From positions 24,924,001 through 24,988,000 of the forward strand of contig NC_135894.1 of assembly GCF_964194155.1 (NCBI RefSeq): a DNA stretch of 64,000 nt, given 5' to 3'. The translations under genes and the position numbers were made by a program. Within the stretch, counting starts at the first letter, position 1, and each line of letters opens with the position of its first letter. The DNA comes from Cetorhinus maximus. Its lineage: Eukaryota. The notes below the pieces were generated by a model. The model had not been told where the DNA came from and searched no databases. It saw only the letters and a program-made list of their open reading frames with translations. Positions 50,567-63,590 of the stretch are shown one piece after another.

Positions 50567-52977
50567 ATGAACACACTCGACCTCTCCCTCCAGCAGCACC
50601 GCCGCACCCTTTTTCAAAGCTGCGCGTGCCCCCAGTTTCATTTTATTCTTCGTCTCATCCGACGCCTCAACAAGAAACTTCTCTTTCTCTCAAGTGCTAA
50701 GGAATGCAAGCTCCAACAACTCATTGACACCAACACCGATCCAGGACCCTCCACCCCTGCCTGTCCCTCCGTCCCCACCCCATCTTCCAATCCCAGCCTC
50801 GGCCGTGTATTCACTATACCCCCTGATCTTCCCCTCTCCGATGCTGAACGTTCAGTGCTCAGCAAAGGACTTAGTTTCATACCCTTACGCCCTCATCTCA
50901 ATGAATTTCGGGCTCGGCACGATGCTGAGCTCTTCTTCCACCGTCTTCGTCTCCGTGCTCACTTCTTTGGGCAGGAGTCCTCTCCCCGTTCAACGGATCC
51001 TTTTACCCACCTCCAATATTCTCCCTCCACCTGGACCCCTCCCTCTGGATTCTTACCTTCTCTTGATCTTTTCATTGAGAACTGTCGGCGTGACATTAGC
51101 CGTCTCAATTTCCCTGCTCCTCTTACCCACTCTAATCTGTCTCTCTCTGAACTTACTGCACTCCGTTCTCTCAGGTCCAACCCCAACATTGTCATCAAAC
51201 CCGCTGACAAGGGTGGTGCTGTTGTTGTCTGGCGCACTGACCTCTACCTCGCAGAGGCTGAGCGTCAACTTGCAGACACTTCCTCCTACCTCTCCCTGGA
51301 CCATGACCCCACCACTGAACATCAAGCCATTGTTTCCAGGACTGTCACTGACCTCATCTCCTCTGGAGATCTTCCTCCCACAGCCTCCAACCTGATAGTC
51401 GCCCAACCTCGGACGGCCCGCTTCTACCTCCTACCCAAAATCCACAAACAGAACTGTCCCGGCAGACCGATCATGTCAGCCTGTTCCTGCCCCACGGAAC
51501 TCATTTCTCGTTATCTTGACTCCCTTCTCTCTCCCCTTGTCCAGTCCCTTCCCACCTACATCCGTGATTCCTCTGACACCTTACGTCACATCAACAATTT
51601 CCAGTTCCCTGGCCCCAACCGCTTCCTCTTCACCATGGACGTCCAATCCCTCTACACCTCCATCCCCCACCAGGATGGTCTGAGGGCCCTTAGAACAGGG
51701 GCCCGAACAATCCCCATCCACCACTACTCTCCTCCGTCTGGCTGAACTTGTTCTCACACTGAACAATTTCTCCTTTAACTCCTCTCACTTCCTCCAAATA
51801 AAAGGTGTGACTATGGGTACCCGTATGGGCCCCAGCTATGCCTGTCTCTTTATGGGGTATGTGGAACATTCCTTGTTCCAGTCCTACTCCGGCCCCCTCC
51901 CACAACTCTTTCTCCGGCACATTGGTGATTACTTCGGTGCTGCTTCATGCTCTCGTCGGGACCTGGAAAAGTTTATTAATTTTGCTTCCAATCTCCACCC
52001 CTCCATCATTTTCACATGGTCCATCTCTGACACTTCCCTTCCCTTCCTTGACCTCTCTGTCTCAATTTCTGGTGATAGACTGTCCACCAATATCCATTAC
52101 AAGCCTACCGACTCCCACAGCTACTTCGACTACAGCTCCTCACACCCCGCTTCCTGTAAGGACTCCATCCCATTCTCTCAGTTCCTTCGCCTCCGTCGCA
52201 TCTGTTCTGATGATGCTACCTTCAAAAACAATTCCTCTGACATGTCCTCCTTCTTCCTTAACCGAGGTTTTCCACCCACGGTCGTTGACAGGGCCCTCAA
52301 CCGTGTCCGGCCCATCTCCCGCGCAACCGCCCTCAAGCCTTCTCCTCCCTCCCAGAAACATGAAAGGGTCCCCCTTGTCCTCACTTATCACCCCACCAGC
52401 CTCCGCATTCAAAGGATCATCCTCCGCCATTTCCGCCAACTCCACCATGATGCCACCACCAAACACATCTTCCCTTCACGCCCCCCGGCGGCATTCCATA
52501 GGGATCGTTCCCTCCGGGACACCCTGGTCCACTCCTCCATCACCCCCTACTCCTCAACCCCCACCAATGCACCTCCCCATGCCCACGCAGAAGACGTAAC
52601 ACCTGCCCTTCACTTCCTCTCTCCTTACCGTCCAAGGGCCCAAACACTCCTTTCAAGTGAAGCAGCATTTCACTTGCATTTCCCCTAACTTAGTCTACTG
52701 CATTCGTTGCTCCCAATGCGGTCTCCTCTGCATTGGAGAAACCAAACATAAACTGGGCGACTGCTTTGCAGAACACCTGCGGTCTGTCCGCAAGAAAGAC
52801 CCAAACCTCCCTGTCACTTGCCATTTTAACACTCCACCCTGCTCTCTTGCCCACATGTCTGTGCTGCATTGTTCCAGTGAAGCTCAACGCAAACTGAAGG
52901 AACAGCACCTCATCTTCCGACTAGGCACTTTACAGCCTTCCGGGCTGAATAATGAATTCAACAACTTTAGATCTTGA
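50567..52977 (+). pseudogene. Penelope RT/GIY-YIG ORF, disabled
   Basis: Same motifs as copy 1; catalytic YIDD reads HIGD; frameshifts near 51690 and 52565-52610. Confidence 0.93.
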
Positions 52978-53354
52978 ACTCCCTCCCCCATCCCCACCCC
53001 CTTTCCATTTCTTCCCTTTCTCTTTTGTTTTTTCCAATAATTTATATAGATTTTTCTTTTCCCACCTATTTCCATTATTTTTAAATCTGTAATGCCGTCA
53101 GTCTTTCCACCCCATTCCCACTAGAGCTGTACCTTGAGTGTCCTGCCATCCATTCTTAATTAGCACATTCTCTTAGATAATATCACCACCTTCAACACGT
53201 CTTTGTTCCTTTGTCTGTGATATCTTTTGATTATCTGCTCCTATCACTGCTTGCTTGTCCCTACAACCAACAACCCCCCACCAACTTCTCTCCCCCCCAA
53301 CCCCACCCCCCACCTTAAACCAGCTTATATTTCACCCCTTTCCTAACTTTACTC

Positions 53355-53393
53355 AGTTCTGCTGAAGGGTCATGAGGACTCGAAACGTCAACA
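53355..53393 (+). ncRNA. Minimal hammerhead motif (variant core CTGCTGA)
   Basis: gtt-CTGCTGA-a-gggtc-atgag-gactc-GAAA-cg-TC-aac. Confidence 0.65.
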
Positions 53394-54628
53394 CTTTTCT
53401 TCTCCGCCGATGCTGCCAGACCTGCTGAGTTTTTCCAGGTAATTCTGTTTTTGTTTTAAATATTAGTGTCCCTCTCCAGGTGATTCTTCAATCTCTCCAA
53501 GGTGGAGTAATTGCTGGGATGAGGCCAGATGAATGTTCTAAGGCTGCTTTATTATCTCAGAGTGATTGGACAAAGAGCAAAGAGTTTATGGTTGGGAGTT
53601 CTTTGTTTCAATCAGAGCAACTTGTCATCCTGTAAGTGACACAAAGTCATCAACACGCTATGCTTCCCCACATCTTGCTTGACTTGAATGCTCAGAATTT
53701 TCAACCTGATCACTAACTTTATCAGCTTCTCTCCTGTACCCACAAAAAGTTACTAACCTGGTCAGTGATTATCCAGCCTTTGGGGCTGATTCTTGGGAGA
53801 TGCTTGTCCTCTGCACAGCCCATTGGACTGCTGTTTCCTGACAAGTGGAAAGTACTCCCTCTCCAACAGTCTTTTCTAATCACTTTTCATGTCGAGACAT
53901 GGGGTAGACTTTCCTCTGTGATTTAAAGGGGTATGTGGCATGCATTTTTCAGATGTAAAACAGGCCTGAAGCACACCAATTTAGCAGCGGGACAGCCTGT
54001 ATTTAATCTGAGAAGATGTTAATTCCACTGCTAAATCCATGTGGAGTAATTTGAGTCCCTGGTGAGGGTCCAAAATCAAGCATTCATGTATTTGGGGGGC
54101 CTGGTGCCTGCTGAAAGACTCCTCTCTACAAAACTGGTTTCCGGCAAGAGGGGGCAGGCCCAAGGCCTGATCCACTCAGGGTTCTTCAGTGGTGTCCCTG
54201 TGTCTCCCTGCTCACACATGAAAACTGACCCAGAATCATTTCTAGCCCCCGTGTCTGCTATAACTCAACAATGGGGTAGCTTTCTCTATTCACTCAGGCA
54301 ATAGAGAGGAAAGTCCACCCCAGTCAGTCATTGTTAAGGAGATGTAGATAAATTGCATAATTTAGGGCTCTCGTTGCAGAGCTTTGTGTCGTGACACCAA
54401 AGAAATTTACACGGGGTTTGACGCACTTAATTCACAGGGTGCACTCTTCCTTGATTATTCACTTTAGAGGGTGGGAAAGAACTATAGAGCCAGTGAACCA
54501 AACACGCTGACTTCCAGACACACCGGTCGAAAATGCATTTCCATTACACTAAGCATTATGCTGGAAGTGTTAATGAATATAATTTACTCTAGCTCCTGAC
54601 CAATCACTCACTGCTTGACAGGGCTCTG

Positions 54629-54655
54629 TCTGTGTGTGTGTGTGTGTGTGTGTGT
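54629..54655. repeat. (TG)n microsatellite
   Basis: About 12 TG units. Confidence 0.95.
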
Positions 54656-55772
54656 TGATGACCTGACAATACTCATTAAATCAAAGAGAGGCAACTTAAT
54701 ATGACCTGCAAGAACACAGAGAGCATAAACAACAGAATCGATGGATCTCTATTTACCAGTCAGGTTTCTCAGTTGGATTCACCTGAATATGAGATGAGGC
54801 AATTTTATTTTTTATCCCTCTCTTTGCCAATTGAACAATGAGGAAGTCAAAATAAAACTGTCAACAGTGGTAGAGGATAACTTGGATTCGTGGCAAGAAA
54901 ATTACAGTTTATTTGGTAATTGGTCACCTAACCCAAGGCTTGGAGTTTTTAATTATTTCCTATTTGGCCTAGACAGTTAGTCGGAGGGTGAGAGATCAGA
55001 TTTAGTGCTCAGCAATCAAATATTGCACTCCAGCAGGTGCTGCACTCAACTAGACAGACTCCTTGTAAGGTGCACATTGTGACCCTTTACTTAACCACAT
55101 CCTTTATGACGATGTGCTTATTGGCTTTATTATGCCGAATGGATCCAGCCCCACATAATGCACTGGTTTTATTGCATTGTCCTGGTTCAGCCTCTCTTTG
55201 AATGAAGATTGCAGTGCAATGTCCCAAGGCGTCATATTGCTTCTCACTCCATTTAACTTTACAGAAGATAAGTGCTCTTCCTTTGTATTCTTAACTAGAA
55301 CGACGTACAGCTCTTTGTAACTGACATATTTCATCCAAACTGCATATTGACAGCAGGAGGCCTAAATCGATATGGGTCTCGTAGGGTACATCTGTGGCTT
55401 CTTGTTCCAGGTTCACTCCATTGCAGAGTCAAGCTTTACACTGCTGATCAGAATTTTGACCTTCCAATTAACATTTCAATGTTACAAGTAGGTAAAGTGA
55501 CAATCAATTGTCGTGTACCAGCATTTCACCCCAGAAACTTTCATTTGTCCAATGTTTATCGTGGATGGCATTCTGGAATTTTCTTCAGCTCTATTGAATC
55601 CTGAGAAGCACCATAAGCTGAATTTGCAAAAGGAATTTTAAACCGTTTAGCATCTCCACAAGCTGCAAAGAAAGAAAAATATAGGCCCGAGCTTTTGATG
55701 AAATACAGAACTGGTCCTGCTGTTCTGCTGCCGAGTGTAAACTGTCACCTCAATCCCCATCTCAAACATCTG

Positions 55773-56448
55773 GGGCAGAAAGTTGTCCTTGGTGTGCAGG
55801 CTCGGCGAGAGCAGGCAGGGGTGGGGATGGGGGCGCTCAGGCCTGGAAGGCAATTTCACGCCGGCGAGCCAATTAAAGCCCACCCAGCGTGAAATACGAG
55901 CGGCAGCGCTCAGCGATGCATGTGCGGGCATGGGGTAGGGGGGCGCTGGAGTGGGGTGAGTGCGGCCTTCACACATACGCACAAGCGCACGCTCCATAAT
56001 CTCCCTGAGGCACTGAGCTGCCTGAGGGAAATGGAGGTGTGTGAAAAAAAAATTTAAAAATAAAAATGTAATGAAACATGTCCCCTCATGTGACTCTGAC
56101 ACATGAACAGGAACATGTTATGAATGAAAAATTAAAATTTTTATTTTATTTTTGTTTGCTTTTGGAAACCTCATCCCGCCTGTGGATGAGGTTTTCCAAA
56201 AATGTGCAAAGGCCGCTCGGCCTTTCCGCCTGCCCACAGTGAAGCATTTATTTTAAATACATTTTCAATGGCCCTAATGGGTCTTTTAATTGTTGGCGGG
56301 CAGGGCGCTGACTCCGGCACACGCCCGCCGACCGAAATATTGCGCGAGTGCGCGATGACGTCGGGATGCTCGCCCGACCTCATTGCGCGTCATTTTACGC
56401 TCTGTCAGGTCGGGCGCGCGCCCGCCCGCCGATCGAAAAATTTTACCC
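55773..56448. mobile_element. Harbinger-like MITE family A, CpG-rich
   Basis: GGGCAGAAAGTT / AAAAATTTTACCC ends; shared internal blocks with the other three copies. Confidence 0.8.
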
Positions 56449-56619
56449 TGGTGCCAGTCGCTGTGCCTCAGCTCTATCAGCCCCTTGCTCCATGGCCATT
56501 TAAAGTGACTACCCCACTGTCATGTGATACCTTTGCCAAATTACTCGGGTGAACACAATACACACAGGCGACCACTTTAACTACCTCACCCAGCAGAAAC
56601 GGAGCAAAGAATCAGCTCA

Positions 56620-57235
56620 CACAGGACAGAAAGAGGGCTTTCGGCCCATCATACCTTATTCAGCTCTTTGAGGGAGCTTTAGTCCCATTTGCCTGCTCTT
56701 TCCCCAGAGCCTGGCAACTTATTTCCATTTCAAGTGTCCAATGAATTCACTTTTGAAAGTTACTATTGAACCTGCATCACCCTTTCCGGTATTACATTCC
56801 AGGTAACAACCCACTGCATTAAAACATATCTCCTCTCTTCCCTCTGGTTGTTCTGGCATTTATCTTAAATCTGTGTCTTTCCACTCACCCTTCTGCCACT
56901 GGAAACAGCTTCTCCTTATTTACTGCTTCAAATCCCTTTCTGATTTGGAACACCTCTATTTAAATCTCCCCTTAACCTTGTCTGTTCCAAGGAGAACAAC
57001 CCTAGCTTCTCCACATGACTGTACTCCCTCATCCCTGCAGTCATTCTGCTAAATTTCCTCTGCACCCTCTCCAAGGCCTTCCGAAAGTGTGGCGCCACAA
57101 CACTCCACTGAGGTCTAACCACTGTTTATGGAGGTTTAGCATAACTCACTTACTCTATTACTTCATGCCTTTATTTATAACGCCTGCAGGATCTCACATG
57201 TGTTTTATAAACAGCCTTCTCAACTTGTCCTGCCA
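56620..57235 (-). mobile_element. CR1 3' fragment
   Basis: APHFRKALERVQRKFSRM...LGLFSLEQTRLRGDL. Confidence 0.85.
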
Positions 57236-59771
57236 GCTGAGGCTGCTTCCACTCCTGATCTCTTACGATCTTAACTGGGCCTATATTGTTGGCTGCCCAA
57301 TCCCTCCTGTCTCAGGTAGGAGCCTCACTGATGCATGCAAACCAGGTCCAGTAGTGACCTTTGAACCAACTCATTCACTGCTTCTCTCAACGGAATGTTG
57401 ACTAGCTCTGATACCAAACGAGGTGCTCCCCCTCCACACACCCCCCACCCCAACCCCACCACACCACTGACCCCACCCCTAGTGGATTCAGTAGAGTAGT
57501 GAAAGGCCTGTTTCTCCTTTGGGGTCTTCTCAGGTGCTCATGGCTGGCGATATCTGGGAGCTGGAGCCTGAGAGGACCCAACTGCAGACAGCAGCAGCTT
57601 GACCTCTGTGTGACCCAGCTGGCTTTCTGGCACTAGATGTGACATTAGTTGGGGTGGGGGGGCTGGTGAGGGAGCAGAATCAGAGACATTGTCAGATAAG
57701 GAAAACGTGTACTGCTGTCTCTGCGTTACTGCCACTCCCATGGGGCTGTGCGGATCATCACTTCCAGTGGTGCAGAAAAATAAGATCACATGACATTTTG
57801 AAAGCCCCCATCTATTTGTTCCACTGATCTCTCCCACGTGGATGTCTGTCTCTCCAAGGCAAAGTCCAGAGTTTCCCTGGACTCACCAAAGGTTGCTGAT
57901 ATTGTGTGCTGATGTGTGTCCCTGGCAGCGTCCCTTGAAGTGGCCAAGATAGACTGATGCTACACAAGAGGGTGCCACACAGGTGAGAAATGGACTCCTC
58001 CATCCTCTTACCCTTGGTGTTGAAGCTCGTTGGCCTGCCCACCAGTACCTGGAATAGCTGCTTGTGTGAGAGCAGCAACTGTCTTCCCATCACTGCATCT
58101 CTGAGGTTCACACCATTATACAGCTGGAAGGGGAGGCTGCCCTCCGGGAGATGAGGGATGGTGGGGGTGAGGGGGCACTGGTAGTGGGGTGGGGGGTCTC
58201 TTGGACCATTCCAGCACCTGCTGCTGCTCACTAGGGCTGGGCTTTATACCACGTGCAGATACCTCTCCCTCACTCCAGTGACAGGATGTCAATCTCTATG
58301 CAAGTGCTGAGAAGTGATGCCCATCACAGTGCCTCCTCTGAGGCACTCTCCTTCTATGGGGTGTGCTGGCTGAGAAGGACCGAGAGGAAAGAAAAAATGG
58401 TCAAGGGTTCAAACGGCTCTGAGAGAGAGAGAGAGGGTGTGAGTTAGTAATCGCCTTGTGTAAAGTACAGTACCTGTGTGGGAGGGCTCCTGTCCATGCT
58501 GGGAGTGAGAAGAAGCAAGGTGGGTGATAATGGTGAAGCTTTTCATGGACAGTTGCTGTCCAGAGTGAGAAAGGAACCATGTGAAAAGTTCCCAATTCTC
58601 TAAGAGCTACTGAGTGAGAAGAGGATGGTGTTAGAGGCTGTGAAAGGAGCAAGGAAAAGCTGCACCTCACTTACCACTCCATGGTGACCTGTTCAACCCA
58701 CCTACTGCCCGCTGTCCATCTCGGCACCCCATATGGAGAACCCTTCCTGAACAAGATCTACCAGCAGACATCCTCTGGACCAAGGAATGGGAAACATGGG
58801 AAGTCACTCACAAGTTCCTTCTGCCAAACCCCATGTGTTGAATGGCAGGCTTTAAGCTACCGTGGCCAGAGTGGTCCTTGATAAACAGATTCAGGATGGG
58901 CCAGGGCTCCTGTGCAGCCAACCTCTACCGCTGGGATCTCAGTACTTATACACTTCAGGAGAGGCACAAGAACTGGTGCACATTACCAAGGGGTGTCCCC
59001 TCTACAGACTAAATTGTGAACGTGCACCTTAACCTCAACAAATAAGGAGGCTGTGACTCATCTTCAGGGATTTGCATTTGCTAAGTAAATAAAACATACC
59101 TAAGGGCATCCTGAAATTGTAAAAGGCAGTACAGGCTATATGGATGCCACTCGTTCTTTCCTTCACTCCTTTTGTTCTTGCTCCTTTCCTTGACATACAT
59201 AGATTTGTTTTATCTCAGAAAAATCTTCAGCAGCTATAAATTCCTGTTGTGTGGTAATCACCTGCCAACAGGTATAGGGTTAGTTTACAACATGAGGCTC
59301 TTTTATTGGAGTCTCCTGAGGTGAGAGTACACACAGGGGATAGTAGCTGCAATAATACAATGCTAATTCCGCAGCGAGCTGTTTGTAGACACCTGCCTAC
59401 TTTAGTCAAGGCAAGGGTGACCGAATGGAAGGGCACTCTGCATTTTGACTCCTTTGGTTTTAGTATATTCCTCTTTCCACACAGGTCACCGCGTGTAAAA
59501 AATACTGGAGTCTTGTTTCCAAAACCATGTCAAATGCACTAATATCTGCGCCAACAGTCTGTTTTACAAATTGCAGTTTCTCATTAAACTGGCTAACATC
59601 TGCCCTCACTATAATTACACCTTGTATTACTAATCACTTGGACATTCAAGTCATTAGATAAAGCTGTAATTACAGCAACAAGGAAGTGTGAGAGTTTTAA
59701 ATTTAGCTAGTTCCCCAGGTAACTAACTCATCACAGCGTTTTAAGTTCCACTCTAGGGCCATCCTTATGCT

Positions 59772-60087
59772 GCAAAGTGTTGTACCATCTACAAGATGCA
59801 CTGCAGCAACTCATCAAGGCTCTTTGACAGCACCTTCCAAACCCATGACCTGATAAAGGCAGCAGATAGATGGGAACACCACCATCCTGACTTGGAAATA
59901 TATCGCCGTTCCTTCACTGTTGCTGAGTCAAAATCCTGGAACTTCCTTCCTAACAGCACTGTGGGTGTACCTACATCACATGGACTGCAACGGTTCAAGA
60001 AGACAGCTCACCACCATCTTCTCAAGGGCAACTAGGGATGGGCAATGCCAGTGATGTTCACGTCCCCTGAATGAGTAAGAAAAAAAT
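59772..60087 (+). mobile_element. CR1-group LINE 3' end (second family)
   Basis: SKSWNFLPNSTVGVPTSHGLQRFKKTAHHHLLKGN*, then A-rich tail. Confidence 0.88.
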
Positions 60088-60129
60088 CACTCAAAGGAGA
60101 TGCTGATTTTCAAACTCTACCTCTCACTA

Positions 60130-60313
60130 AGATAAAAACAAAAAGCTAAAAGCTACTGCGGATGCTGGAAATCCAAAACAAAAACAGAATTACCTGGAAA
60201 AACTCAGCAGGTCTGGCAGCATCGGTGGAGAAGAAATCAGTCAACGTTTCGAGTCTTCATGACCCTTCGGCAGAACTGAAGCATAGTTAGGAGAAAGATG
60301 AAGTATAAGCTGG
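60130..60313 (-). mobile_element. Solo Penelope pseudo-LTR fragment with hammerhead motif (60237-60279)
   Basis: Matches ~4217-4393; flanked by TCACTA (60124-60129, 60314-60319); minus strand tcagtt-CTGCCGA...GAAA-cg-TT-gactga. Confidence 0.85.
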
Positions 60314-60608
60314 TTCACTACATTGCCAAGTACTTTATTTGACTGAAAACTGCAGTATAAATGCAATCTTTATTTGACTATCAGAGCCTTTCAACATTCC
60401 ATGTTAGGCCTGCTGTTGTAGAGTTGATGGTGCTACAGGCAAAAAAATGACATTTTAATTAAAAAGACTTCATAATCCAGAGGCAATGTTGAACTCACAG
60501 ATGTGCTTTTGCATGACTATAGTGTAGTAAAAGTGCAAGTGTCCCCAAAGATGTTCAATTCCTGGGTACAAAATAGAGGAAGAAAGGGGTAAAAGATTCA
60601 TTACGTCA

Positions 60609-61030
60609 GTGGCTGGATTTTCCTTTTGGGGTTGGGACCTCGATGTCAGGGTCAAATGTGAGTCCTGACCCCACACCGTGTCAGGAATAGTCACGTGACA
60701 TGATTTTTGCAGGATTGGCCAATTTCTGGCTCGGAGGTTCACTTGCCACACCATGGAGATGCCCTCAGAAAGCAGGTTTTAAAAATTGATTTAAAAACCA
60801 CCACAGATGCCTGGCCGTGATCGTAGAGGGGGCAACCCTTCCACTGGGTGTCCAGCAGCAGGTGCAGCTACAGCCCAGTGGCCAGAACGAGTGCGTTGGC
60901 TGGAGTCCCTAGCGGCACGGACCCCTGCACCTCTCCCCATCTCCTGCCTGGAGACATAACCAGATCCTTCCATCTCATTCTCATCCCTCAACCCTCAGCA
61001 ACCATCCATTTTGAAGGGAAGCCTGAAGGA
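60609..61030. mobile_element. Harbinger-like non-autonomous element (family C)
   Basis: GGCTGGATTTTCC end; similar to 49190. Confidence 0.55.
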
Positions 61031-62771
61031 CTAGGCATCAGGATCATCAATCCTCTGGGGCATCCCTGGGATCTCCAGAGCTAAATCTCCAGGACATCAC
61101 ATCGGGCAGCCCAGGAGGAAAGTCACGGGGTATGAAAAAGAATGGACTTTTCATTTTCATTTTCTATGAACATTTTCATTCATTTGTTATATAAATTACT
61201 AGAGACAGCGAAGGAAGGCTGTTTGACTCGACAAGGTGATTGTTAACAAGAGGTCACATCATGAATATCATGTTGCAGGGCTGCATCCAACCAGGGTTGG
61301 CATCGCTGGACCTAGGCCCACTTCATGATGAGAGAGGGAGGCAGGCACTAACAACAACAACTTACATTTATATGGTACCTTTAAAGTACAACAACAAAAT
61401 GGAGGTTGAGAAAATCTACACTCTTTTTCTTCACAGTGATTGGATACTACCTTGAGGCCCGGCAGCTTTCTAGCCCTCAAGCCAGTTATCTGCCCCGCCC
61501 GCTTTTATGACTCCACCCTTAATCCATTGCCGCTTCTTCCCACACCCTCATTCAGAGTGAGTTAGGAACAGTGCTGCTGCGATTGCTGGGATGGAGGTAT
61601 ATAAAATACTCTCGGATGCTTTACCCGGGAGAATATAGCGCAGCTACCGTCTGTGTGAGGGAACAACAGCAAGAAAGACTCCTAAACCCTCAGATACATC
61701 CTTGGAGGTTTTACTGTAAGGGTAAAAGAGATCAAATGTTAAGTATTGAGATCAGAAGGCCCAATGAGAGGGTAGTTCAGACTATATGGAAACAGGGATA
61801 ACTCCATCACCCAAGTGTAGGAGCAGCTTCAATGGTCTCACAGAGGTAACCACAGTAAAGCCAAGTACACACTGTGTCCCACTGATGGAGCCTCCTTCCT
61901 TATATTCTTTCAGTTAGCACCTTGAGTGCCAGAGAAAGCCCCTCACACAAAAAGAACTCTCAAGCCTCATCTGAACTCACAGCCACTCTCTCAGCTTCCA
62001 TTGCTGGCCACAGGAGGTGCTGCTACCGTTGGAAAACAGTTATCATAAAGGCAGATTATCTGCACATTAACAGAATGACAACTTTTGCCAAACATCAGAT
62101 TGAGGGGGTTATCATTTGGGGTTTTGAGTGCCATATGCTTTTTTTGCTTGCACCTATGGTAAGCCTGCCAGGTGTGGAATTGGATAACTTGCTCACACTC
62201 TCTGGTTGCGCTGTGAAGGGTAGGAACTGAGGGGGCATCAGTCACCTTCGTTATATAATGTTGAGTTGCTGCTTGACATATGCAGCAAAGGTCATCAGAT
62301 GTTGCCTGGAAGGATCCGGTTGCAAAAACAAAAAATCAAGGGAGTGTTGACCCTGAGTAGTACAGAGAGTATAATTCTCCTGGTGGAGGTCAGCCACGAA
62401 ACCTCTTCAATTGCCTCTGCGTACACAATAAATGTCCTTTAATGTGTAATGAAGGCCATTTCCCATTAAAAAAATACATTCTTCCCCGATCATTCTCCAT
62501 GAGCTTCGTTGTACAAAAACAATGATGAACATATTTTTAATCTGTTTTTAATCATTTGAAAAGAAATGCTGACACGTCCACTGTTCTGTAAAAATGATTC
62601 AATTCAATGTTCTAAAATTTCAAATTGTTGCCTGTGGAGAAATTAGATTTTAATCCTGTCGGCGTGGTGGAAACCAGCCAGTGGGACAGGGACCAGGGAG
62701 TGCCAGCTGTGGCTCAGTTGGCAGCACTCTCACCTCTGAGTCAGAAGGTTGTGGTTTCGAGAGCCCAGAGA

Positions 62772-63590
62772 ACCATAGAAAAGTCATAGCGCAGAAAGCC
62801 CATCGTGTCTGTGCCGGCCAAAAAGAAATTAGCCGTTCGTTTTAATCCCACTTTCCAGCACCTGGTCCCAGTCCTTGCAGGTTCCAGCACTTCAAATGCA
62901 GATCCAGGTACCTTTTAAATGAGTTGAGCATTTCAGTCTCAACCACCAACTCAGGCAGTGAATTCCAGACACCCACCACCCTCTGGGCGAAAGTTTTTTC
63001 TCATGTCCCCTCTAATCCTTCTACCAATCACCTTAAATCTATGCCCCCTGATAATTGACCCCTCAGCTAGGGGAAACAGGTCTTTCCTGTCTACCCTATC
63101 TAGGCCCCTCATAATTTGGTACACCTCAATTAGGCCACCCCCTCGGCCTCCGCTGTTCTAAGGAAAACAACCCTAGGCTATCCAAAACAAAAACAAAGAG
63201 TGCTGGAAAAGCTCAGCAGGTCTGACAGCATCTGTGGAGAGAGAGACAGAGTTAACGTTTCGAGTCTATATGACTCCTTCAGAATGGTCATACAGACTCA
63301 AAACGTTAACTCTGTCTTTCTCTCCACAGATGCTGTCAGACCTGCTAGTTTTTCCAGCACTTTTTTGTGTTTGTTTCAGATTTCCAGCATCCGCAGTATT
63401 TTGCCTTTATCCTAGGCTATCCAATCTCTCCTCATAGCTGCAATTTTCCAGCCCTGGCAACATTCTTGTAAGTCTCCTCTGCACTCTCTCCAGAGCAACT
63501 ATGTCCTTCCTTTAATGTGGTGACCAGAACTGCACACAAAATTCCAGCTGTGGCCTAACCAGCGTTTTATACAGTTCCATCATTACATCC
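62772..63590 (-). mobile_element. CR1 3' fragment nested in the SINE
   Basis: CR1 tail, TCACCTTAAATCTATGCCCCCTG, GACCAGAACTGCACACA. Confidence 0.88.
63186..63410. mobile_element. Fold-back Penelope end element nested in CR1
   Basis: About 90-bp inverted arms; 14-bp TSD CCTAGGCTATCCAA (63172-63185, 63411-63424). Confidence 0.9.

Larger units (their letters stand above)
50559..53455 (+). mobile_element. 5'-truncated Penelope-like element, same family as 957-4457
   Basis: 13-bp TSD TTAAATATTAGTG (50546-50558, 53456-53468); same 3' end as copy 1. Confidence 0.95.

Noticed and set aside
55104-55334. 76-aa minus-strand ORF in unique sequence
   Set aside because: No recognisable domain; length compatible with chance.
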